Part shown: piece by piece, positions 54,468 to 64,000 of the stretch
Layout of the letters: every line of letters starts with the position of its first letter
Numbering within the stretch: position 1 is the first letter of the stretch
Source of the DNA: Cercozoa sp. M6MM
Taxonomy: Eukaryota > Protista > Endomyxa: Ascetosporea
Reading direction: 5' to 3' (one strand)
Length of the DNA stretch: 64,000 bases
Assembly: GCA_040357565.1 (NCBI GenBank)
Contig: JBDODJ010000026.1
The notes under the pieces: model-generated
Databases searched by the model: none
What the model was told of the DNA's origin: nothing
Seen by the model: only the letters and a program-made list of their open reading frames with translations
Position numbers and translations under genes: made by a program

Positions 54468-57186
54468 TATACCGTCCGACTGCTCGGGCTGCTGACTGTC
54501 GTTGTTGACGGGTTCCGTGTCGACCTCGTTCTGCTCGTGTCGCTCGTCGTGATCGATCTGCATCGGTTCGGCACCGTCGTTGCGATCACTACGATCACCG
54601 TTGGTGTCACCGTCGCTGCTGTCGTTGTCGCTGCTGCTACCGATGCGCATGAGGCGGCGGCGGCGTCGCACCGGCCAGGCGGGCCGTCGCTGCGGCATCC
54701 TCAAATGGCCCGGGAAGGGCGGCGGCACCTGCGGCACGCGTGATCGCGTGCCAGGTCGCAGCATGTCGGGCAGGCCCATGGTCCGACTCAGCAGACGGAA
54801 CACGTTGCGGTCGACCCGATTGGAATCCCGCTCGTTCTCGTGCTCGTTCTGTTCCTTCTCGTCGTGCTCGTCCTTCTCCTCTTCGTCGTCGACCACAGCG
54901 GCGGCATTCGTGTCACCAGCAGTGCGTTTCAGCACCTGCTGCAGCAGCGGCTGCAACTGAAACGCCACCGACGCCGCTGTCATCTCCCACCTGTCTCAGC
55001 ATGAGGAAGGCTCGAATCTGCTAACGTGTATACACATAACCAACAAGCATACCAGCGCAGGAAGGTCGGCGCTGACACTATGTTTTCCGGCAGCGGCAGT
55101 GCGTCCAACGTGGCCGGCAGGGCAAAGTATAGCTGTCCAATATAGAGTCCAGTACAGTCATAATACGGGGTCCATCATGAGTCCATGAATCAGCCAACAT
55201 GGGGACAACTGTACCTTCTCCGAGCTGGTACCAACGCCGTCCAAAAAGACCGCAGCGGCCGTCTGCCACACCGTGTCGTCACTGTCGCCGACAGTATTGT
55301 CGTCGCACAGTGCCGAATCCAGCAACGGGAGCTTGTCCCTGGCACGTGCCAAGACGAGACCACTACACGTGACACAAGTGTACGCACACGTGCCGGTGCA
55401 ACCACATACAACACTGGTACCTATCACCACCCCGACTGGCACCGGTAGCACCGAATGGCATGCCACGTGACTCCAGTGGCCACACACCCATACGCATCGC
55501 CGACAGGAATGGGAACCGTCGCATCAATCCGTCGCTTGGGCTACACACAAACACATAGAGAAACCGCCCCACGTGTCCAGCTGTCTGTCCACACTACAAC
55601 AGTACTAGTGAGTGAGAGGTACTGCATGTCCACATGACGCCGCCGACCGCGTTGCTGCTGCGACAGACGGAAGCTGCGCAGAGGCGGCTGACTCGGCCGA
55701 TCACCTCGTCGGCCTACTCGCATGTTAGACATGCCCATACCCACACACCCTGTGTCCTCCCCTTTAACCACCTGTGCCCCCTAGCTATGCCCTTCACTGT
55801 GCCCCCTCAGTACCTGCACCAAGTGCGTTGCGCATGCGGCGGCGCACAGGCGGCGAGAAGCGGAAGCCGCCGGCTGCGTTATCGGACACGTTCATGTCCA
55901 GTGCGTCGATGTCGTCGGCCTGCAACAGTGATCGCACGTGCGACGGTACACATGTGCGACGGTTCCCCAGTGGGACACGTGCGAGATCAACACAGTGACA
56001 AGGGACAGATCAGTCAGTGGCGGTACCTGGTCGCGCGCCTCGTGCATGGTAAAGAACGGGTACTCGTCGGCACCCATGCCGCTCCGGAGGTCGTCCTCCG
56101 AGTCTGAGTCCGAGTCCGAGTCCGACGACTCTGACTCTGAGTCCGACTCCGACAGCATACGATGTCGGTGATGATGTCGGTGATGATGTCGGTGATGGTG
56201 CACGTGTCCACTGCGATCACCGTCGTCGTCCTCGCTGGAGTGACTGCGGTCGGACTGACTGCTGTGACTGGCGGCGGCGTCCTGCACGTGCCGCTCGGCT
56301 TCGACCAGGTCGATCGGCGCCGCTGCCATCGGCAGGATCAAGTCCTCGTCCAGCATGCCTGTACAACACACACACAGGTGCACAACCCAAGATATAATAC
56401 ACAGGGAGGCACACACCATCAGCGTCGACGTCGGCGGCAATGTCCTCGGCGGCACTCTCTGCCTCGGGCAGGCCGATCTGATCCTCGTTCTCGAACATGA
56501 AGTCGTCGTCCACATCGACGCCGGCGTCGGCCTCGTCCTCGTCCTCGTCGTCGCCCTCGTCGCCGCCGCCGACACGCGGCGCACGCTGCACAAAGTCCTC
56601 GCCGTCCAGGTCGCTCTCCGACGAGGAGGAGTCCCCGGCCTCGTCGTCCGAGTCGACCTCGTCGTCGGCGTCCTCGGCCTCGTCCTCGGCGGCCACGTTG
56701 TCGCCCTCCAGCATCGCGTGCTCGCCCTCGTTCGGTGCAGTGCCATGTACCTGTGTTTAAGGGGTGTAGCGTTCATCTGGCCTTTTAGTTAAGGGTGCAG
56801 CGTGTACCAGATTGGGCCACATGACGTCCCAGTCGTCGTCCCACTCGACGTCTGAGTCGTCCGTGTCCAACACGAGTTCCACGTCGATGTCAAAGTTTCG
56901 GTCACTGCGAGAGGTACACACACAGATGATACACATGCATGGATAGTACATATGGACAGCACACATGTACACATAGGCAGTACACATGGACAGTACACAA
57001 GGACTGAAATACCTGGCCACAGCGGTGGAGGCGCCATCGTCGATGTCGCTGCCGAACATCATGCGGAACTGGTCGCTGTCGACCTCCATCTGCAGCACCA
57101 ACTCGTGCTCGTCCAAGAAGTCCTCGTCCTCGTCCTCGTCCTCATCCTCGTCGTCCTCTTCTTTCTCTTGGTCTACTTCCCCACAG

Positions 57187-57224
<38 letters not shown>

Positions 57225-60200
57225 CTACAATGACAAATGCACAAGCACCATCTCGCATGGCATCGGCATCACGTGTCGCACGTGCAGTGTCAGTGTGCGC
57301 GTCAGTGTGCACATCAGTGTGCACATCAGTGTCACCTTCGCTGTTCTGACCGTCGTTCTTGCCGGCCTGCTGACGGTGCAGCTGCACGCGCAGTGGGCCA
57401 ATGGAACCGTCCAGTTGCGTCAGTTCGTGCAGCACGTGCACGATGGCACGCACCAGGCGTCGCTCGACGTCGCGGGTCTCGCCGTACCGTTTCGTCAGTC
57501 CGGGTGCACCCGGCGTAGTCTGCGCGGTGGCACCTGCCTCACTGAGCTGCTTGAGCGAGGCGCCTAGTCCGCGCAGCAGAGACGCGAGAGTCACGTCGAG
57601 CTGCTGCGACAGGAACAGCAAAGCCGCGCGACGTCGCACACGCCGCAGGCGGAACAGGTGCCGTAGAGTGTCCACCAGCGGCGTCAGTGCCGAGTGCACG
57701 TCCTTCAACTGGACCTGCAACACACACACCAAATCACTTTGACTATAGCAGGTGCTCACAAACAGCACACATGCTACCGTAATGGTATCGCCACTGAGCA
57801 CACTTTTCGACAGCTTGCGTGCAGCCACAGCGAGTCGGTGTGCCTCCAGACACAGCTGTTGCAGTACCTGCAGACCCAAACATCATACACACTGGGAGAG
57901 ACGGTGGGGGGGGGGTCAAACCTGGCGAGTGCGACGCCTCCCGATGTCGGAGCGCACGAGAGTGTAGACGAACTCGGCGGCAGGCTTGGAGGTGTTGCAC
58001 GGGTTTCCGTACGGCATCAGTTCCGTCAGCACGTAGTGGTAGAAATCGGGCCGGTTGCCAGCACTCGGCAGCTCGTGCGAGACAGCACTACCGACTGGAG
58101 TGCGCGGCGACACGAGCGACTTGCCCGACACGGGAGACAATGCCGGATGCACTGCGCTGACAGTGTCGGCAGCAGCACCTGGGAGGCGTCCTGGGAGAGT
58201 ATTAGACAGGGAGCCTGTGAGGGTAGCTGGGAGGATATTAGAGGGTAGCTGGAAGGGTATGGGACAGAGTGCTTGGTAGGATACCAGGCACAGTGCTGGT
58301 GGCAGACGGCGCCGTCTCTACAAAGAGACCGACGAACTGCGGCAGCACGCGAATCGTGCGAATGAAGAAGTTCACCACGTCGGTCGGATTTAGCGCAAAG
58401 TGCGCCAGCGGCACTCGCCACGACGCGTGCACCTGTGCCGACAGTTCGCGACTCTGTTGCTCGGCCAACAGACGATGCGCCATGCGACTGACCTCGCTCT
58501 CTCCCTCTGTACCGGCATCCAACGGTAGGGTAGGTGGGTAGGTGGGCAGTGGGTAGCTAGGCAGGTGTACCCAGGTCGGTGTGCTGCAGAAACTTGCGCA
58601 GCTCGAGCGGCAGCGCGTGTCGCCGCCGCACCTTGCACACGTGCACGAAGCGCTGCAGGAAGGCGAACATGTAGTTGAATACGGTGCGTGCCGTGTGCGG
58701 CACCGTCGCACTGCGATCGCTGCTTCGGTGCTCGCTCCACTGCGAGTCCTTCAGTCGCACGTGCACAAAGTCGTCCTGCCCCAGCAAAGACACTTTCGTC
58801 ATCTAGGGTACTTACTACAAGGACACTAGTGTACCCTGTCAGAGCCGCCGAGACTGGCATCGCTGCGGATCTCGACGTCGCACACATCGCGCACGGCCTG
58901 TACGAACACGTCGACGTTGCGGTCGATCAGCGGCGCAAAGGTTTGCACGAGTTCCATAATGTCGATACTCTGTACAGATCGGGTCATATGGACAGGGTGG
59001 GGGGCAGTTCCGACGGTACATATGGACAGTAGTGTACCGTGTCCTCGGTCCGTCGGTCCGAGCGGCGGCGAGTAGCGGTGCGCATCTGGATGCGGATCTC
59101 GTGCCGCACGGCGTCGAGTAGCACGGGCGGCGACTCGAAGCAGTGGCGCAGCACCTCGCACGTCAGCACGGCGATCGGTGAGTTCGACGCCAGCAGCTTG
59201 CTGTCCTCCAGGAGACACACCGGTGCTGCAGCCTGAGCCGATGCCTGAACCGATGCTTGAGCCGACGAGGCGATCTGCCTGAGCATGGTCTGATCGAACA
59301 CATTCCAGGCCAGCTCGTCGTGAGCAGGGTTCTCCTCGTCGCCCGTAGTGCCGGCCTGCCGCAGGGTCATCTTGAGCAGGTGCTTGACGCCTCCCAGATT
59401 CACGAAGTGCTCGGCCAGCGGGAAGTATCGCGTCAGGCGCGACAGTACGTGCAGCAGCGGGAAGGCCAGTACCTAGATCAGTTGGGTAGTACTACTACAC
59501 TGTACGGCACTGTACAGATAGAGGGTGGGGTGGGGTACCGTGGACAGCGGTGTGACCGGTGTCTCCGTATCGGCATGCCGCTGCGCGAAGCGTTCGAGCG
59601 AGAGCGGCGTCGCGGAGCACTTGAGCACGTCGACACACACGCGCAGCAGCGAGTCGCAGGCAGCGCGCGACAGACCTGCCTTGAGCGGCGAGTACACGTG
59701 CGACTTGAGCAGCGCGTCCTTCACGGCGGCGGCCTCGTCCTTGTCACCCTTGTCTTTGTCCTTGTCACCCTTGTCCTTGTCCTTGTGACCCATGTCGGTA
59801 TCTTCCTTGCCACCCTTGTCCTTGTCACTCTTGTCCTTGTCACCCTTGTCCCCCTTGACTCCCTTGTCCTTGTCCTTGGGGTCTACCTTGCGCTGCGACA
59901 GCATGCCTTCGAACAGGTGCAGCACCGTGGCGCACAGCGACTGCAGTCCGCGCGGAGGCAGGCGCAGCTGCCAGCGTCGTCGTCGGCGCAGTGCCGCGCA
60001 CATCACCGTCAGCAGCGCCTTGACCGACTCGGAACTCACCAGACGGTGCCGCAGCGGCGTCGGCGCCTTGTCCAGCAGCACGGCCAGGAAGTAGGCCACG
60101 TGGTGCAGTCGGCGCAGTCGGTGGTCACTCGCGGCTCCACTGGGTCGGCACGTGTGCACCGTGTCGTCGCTGGCGAACTGCGCCGCGTATCGCTGCAGTC

Positions 60201-63200
60201 GCTCTTCGACTTCGGCGCCGATCACGCGCACCAGCGACTCGACGTCGGTACCGCCAGTTGCAGTGCCTGAGGCGCTGTCTGCAAAAGTGTTTGAGGGAGT
60301 AGTCTCCTCGTCCACAGTGACACAGAGTGCGGCCAGGAAGGACGCCGTCTTGGACAGCACGTTCTCCTGGACCGACGCGGCCGTGTGTGGCAGGAAGACT
60401 GAGTTCTCAGTCTCCGTGTCGCTGTCACCGTCAGTGTCGCCACTGGGCAGCACCGTGCGCATCACAAGTCGCACAAGTTCCTCTCGACGCTCTCGCGACG
60501 CCAGCACCATGGCCTGGCGTTCCTCTAGTCAAGGGATAGGTGGCTAGTCAGGGGATAAAGGGGTGGGGTGCAAGGAGATACCCAGTAGGTGCAGGTCGGT
60601 ACAACCAGCCCTCTCAAAGGCGCGCATCGTGTGTTTCCAACGTACGACGAGTCGCTCGGCCAGACGCGAGTAGGTGTTGCTCGACACCAGGTCGGGCGTC
60701 TTGGAACTCAAGTCCAGCAGTGTCTCCACGGCCTGCTGCTGCGACGCCGGGACGCCGTGCTCGGTGCACATCTGTCGCACGCGTGTCTGCAGCGTCGATT
60801 CGCGAAGCACCACCAGTCGCGGGTGCAGGCGTTGCAGTCGCTCCAGTCGACGCATCAGCCAGCGCAGTTGCAGAGTAACTAGGCGACTTATCTGTGGCAC
60901 CACCTCTCTCACGTTTCGGCTATCCGAGATGTAGCGTGTCAGCGAGGCTTTCACCTGCGCCTTCATAGCCTCGATCTCGTCCGTCTCGCTGTCGGCACTG
61001 ATGTCCTCCGCAGGTTCCTCCGCAGGTGCCACCTGGGCGTCCGCTCGGATCCGCAGTGTTTCGCACTGGGCGAACAGTTCCGTCAGATCAATAGTCACTG
61101 GGGAGGCCTCTTCTGTCAGCTGTGCACAAGACCGGTGATCAGTCAGATGGTCGGACATACAAAGAGAGAAGAGACAAAGAGGCACCTGTGCAGATGACTC
61201 GAGCTTGGCCACTTGTTCCACGATACTGTCCAAGCTTTGGTTGAACGTGCGGCGGAACCTGAGCATCGAGGCCAACTGCGCGGACTGTTGAGAAACACAG
61301 ACACACACATCGAGGTATCATTACAGGGAGGGAGAAGGCGTACCGGTCGCACGTTCTCTGTATGGGACGACTCGGTCTTGGACAGGAAGTCGGACAGCTC
61401 GGTCATGAGCTTGCGCTGGGCCGACAGGTCGCTCGGCATGCCGCCGTGGTAGAGCAGGAAGTGCGCCACGAGCACGTGCAGCGAGTGTCCGGCCAGCAAC
61501 AGCGGCGGCAGCGAGGTCTCGTCGCCCTTGATGACTCGTAGTTCCCGTCGGAACAGCAACTGCGATCGCAGCATGCCTCGTTGCGGCATTTCTGTGTCGG
61601 GCAGGCGCAGTAGACGAGTGACGCACGTAGTGACTCGCTGCTGCGCACGTGGCAACGCGGGCAGTGCACCCAGTCGCGTGTAGGCCTGCAGCACGGCCGA
61701 CAGCGGCGACACGCCGTCGCTTTCGGTCAGCAGAACCAAGTCGCTCCAGTCGCCGTGCTCGGGCAGCCACGGCATCGGCTTTATGTGAGGTACAGGCGCC
61801 ACAAACACCTCCACCAGGGTGATCAGCTGTGTCAAGGGTACAGGTATTGGTAGATTCCACATGTAGTAACACAAGAGGGCAGATAGTGTGTACCTGCATG
61901 ATGTAGTACTCGAGCAGAGACAGGTGCGTCTGCTTGTCACCGTCGATCGCCTGCTGTGCCATCGCGAGCGAGCGCGATAGACAGCGCACGACGAACGACA
62001 GCAGTGTGCGCATGGCGTCCAGCACCTGCGTCGATGGCTCGTTGATACAGGCGCGCAGAGCGACCACCAGTTGTGCCGTCACATTGTTGATGAGACTGCA
62101 AGTACTGGTCGCCAGCAACACCGCGCTTGCACTCTCATCACTCACCGTCGATTCTACTCAAGATACACAATGTAGAGCCAACATGAAAAGACACCAGTGT
62201 ATGTACCGAGTGCTTTGATGTGTTGCTGCAGCGCAGCTGTGGCGTAGCGCGTCACGAAGAGACGCAGCAGCGGCGCGAAGGACGACGTCTCACCCAGTGC
62301 CTCGGACATCTTGAAGTTGCTCAGCGAGGCACGTGCCAGCTGCGCACTCTGCAAGCCGCGGACCAGCACTGCCATTCTCGCCTGTGGTACCACACGCACA
62401 CATACACATGCACATGCATATACACATACATACACATACATGTATACATACATACATATATGCATATATATACTTATAGATGTCCCTGACAACAGGTACC
62501 GCAGCAATGCGAAACACGGCCATTGAATACTCGAGCGAGTCGGGGTGTTTCGCGGGCACGGCGCTGGCAGAGGCGCTGACACGTTGCTTCTCTGGCAGTG
62601 CCTGCAGCAGCTGCGCCGTCTCTGCCGACGAGAGTGGCGGCAGGTCGCGCGACTGGGCGTGCAGACACCAGCGCAGCGAGTGCAGCGAGAAGGCTTCGAA
62701 CCGAGTCGTCAGTCGCATCAGTCTACAGGCCAGGACATACCAAAAGCTGTGGCATTATAGAGGGAAGATTACCGCCGAGTGAGCAGGGGCTGCAGTGCAT
62801 GTGCCACACTGAGCGGCATGTTAACACGCTCAAAGAAAGCCGGCAATGCTCGCTGCAGCGAGAACTCGGGCGCAAGTGTCTCGTAGACCAGTTCCGGTTC
62901 ACCGCTGTCTCGCTCTATCACTCGTACGAGCACGCGCGGACTGGTGCGCACCTTGCCCCAGAGCATGTTGTAAACCTGCGGAGGACCACCTCTGCCCTGC
63001 TGTCGCGAGAGTGCGCGCTGGCCTACGTCTACACCAACATGACTAGATCGGTAGGAACCAACCAGAGCACAGTAGTGCTGTCTTACCATTGATGTGATTG
63101 ATAAGCACGTGCAAGCGGTGAGCCACCCAACGCACGGCACGAGGAGGCACTGTTGTCGTCTCAGTCAGCGCACGCACCTGCCGGTTGACGACGTAGTCCA

Positions 63201-64000
63201 TGGCGTACAGCAGGGAACTCTTGAAGTCCTCATAGTGTCGTGCCATCTCTTCCACCGAGCGAGTCACCAGTTCGAAGGGCGGTGGAACAGGCTCACTCTC
63301 CACAGACCTACCCAAGAGTCTACCTCATAACACAATGAAGGAAGAACAAACGTACCCAAGTTCCTCGGGCCACTCAGAGTTGCGCCAGTCGTGAAAGAAA
63401 CCGAGCAGCACACGGAGCGACTGGGAGCGTGCCAGCATGTGTCGCGACGGCAGCGACAGCGACAGCGCGGCCGCACAGTCGGCCCAGCGCACCAGGAGCA
63501 GCGGTGTCATGTGACGCTGTGCCAGGAAACGCGACACCGAACGCGGTCGCAACATCTCGGGCATCTCGCTCTGCTCGCGTCCGTGCTTGCCATTGAGCTG
63601 CAAAGCTTGGTAGCCCGACTCCAGTACAGCTTCGATACTTGCAAGTTCGTGATTCGCATGCCCAGTCAGGAGAGCTACATGAAGGTACAACACACTGAGA
63701 AGCAAAGGTCCATCAAGATCATTTGTACCCAGTAGCGAGATCAACTCGCGTGTCAAGAAGGCCGGTGCGCCGTGCCAGAACTCAACCTGTGCCGGGTAGC
63801 TCTGTGCAAGTAGTGTGACACATCTGAGCACTTCCTCTAATCGCGATGACAGCAGCGTCGTAGTGTTCATACGCTGCTTTCTGCGTGCACAGACACATCC
63901 TGTAGACAAACACACAGGTGTGCATGTGGAGAGTGTACTCGGGAGGGTCGCGCAGAGCGAGCTGCCAGGTGAGTGAGCAGATGCTGCGAATGGCCGCTTG
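48518..64000 (-). CDS. Giant HUWE1/Tom1-like HECT E3 ubiquitin ligase, 5' end beyond window
   Basis: HECT: VKFLGEEGVDQGGVQREFY, ELELLLCG, QWFW, LLQFVTGTSKVPLEGF, LPTANTCFHQLNLPRY, EGFGFA*; upstream acidic tract, UBM-like segments, polyQ and helical repeats. Confidence 0.92.
51259..51332. repeat. (TG)n microsatellite next to 100-N gap, intronic
   Basis: Direct reading. Confidence 0.95.
52545..52660. repeat. (AAACAY)n hexamer repeat, intronic
   Basis: Direct reading. Confidence 0.9.
54175..54345 (-). repeat. Coding polyglutamine/QQPE repeat in HECT ligase
   Basis: Exon after ctgtag acceptor reads PQPEQQQQ...QQPEFLT in frame. Confidence 0.85.
59740..59880 (-). repeat. Coding KGDKD/DK repeat in HECT ligase
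   Basis: ORF 59473-60510 reads DKDKGVKGDKGDKDKSDKDKG... Confidence 0.85.

Noticed and set aside
59257-60270. Long plus-strand ORFs antisense to HECT, GPCR and 19-22 kb genes (e.g. 337 aa, 374 aa)
   Set aside because: Shadow frames of GC-rich coding exons with no motifs of their own

Overview
Gene-dense, very intron-rich eukaryotic (protist-like) genomic DNA using the standard genetic code, with short (mostly 45-130 nt) GT-AG introns; the ORF track is therefore fragmentary and I reconstructed genes by manual splicing. About 19 genes are supportable: a divergent protein kinase (3' end runs off the window), SERINC-like, calmodulin-like EF-hand protein, ETF-beta, class C (GABA-B-like) GPCR, strictosidine-synthase/APMAP-like, diphosphomevalonate decarboxylase, a low-complexity protein with possible AF4/FMR2-like ends, an ARM-repeat protein, a 2-Cys peroxiredoxin, kinesin-14, an FtsJ-like methyltransferase, a TOM1/GPR137-like membrane protein, ribosomal protein eL42, Aurora kinase, a Cdc123-like ATP-grasp protein, a giant HUWE1/Tom1-like HECT ligase (5' end beyond the window), two dispersed paralogs of an unrecognised ~250-aa family, and small orphan ORFs. 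No rRNA, tRNA, CRISPR or autonomous transposon was recognised. The most unusual signals concern splicing architecture: a class of C-rich (TACCC / poly-C) introns whose opposite strand is G-quadruplex-like, a 5' splice site biased to +4 C (GTAC), tandemly amplified branch-point-like motifs inside introns, acceptor sites placed right at start codons, and a long structured first intron in the eL42 gene. The organism cannot be identified from this window alone; exon boundaries are manual and unverified by transcripts.
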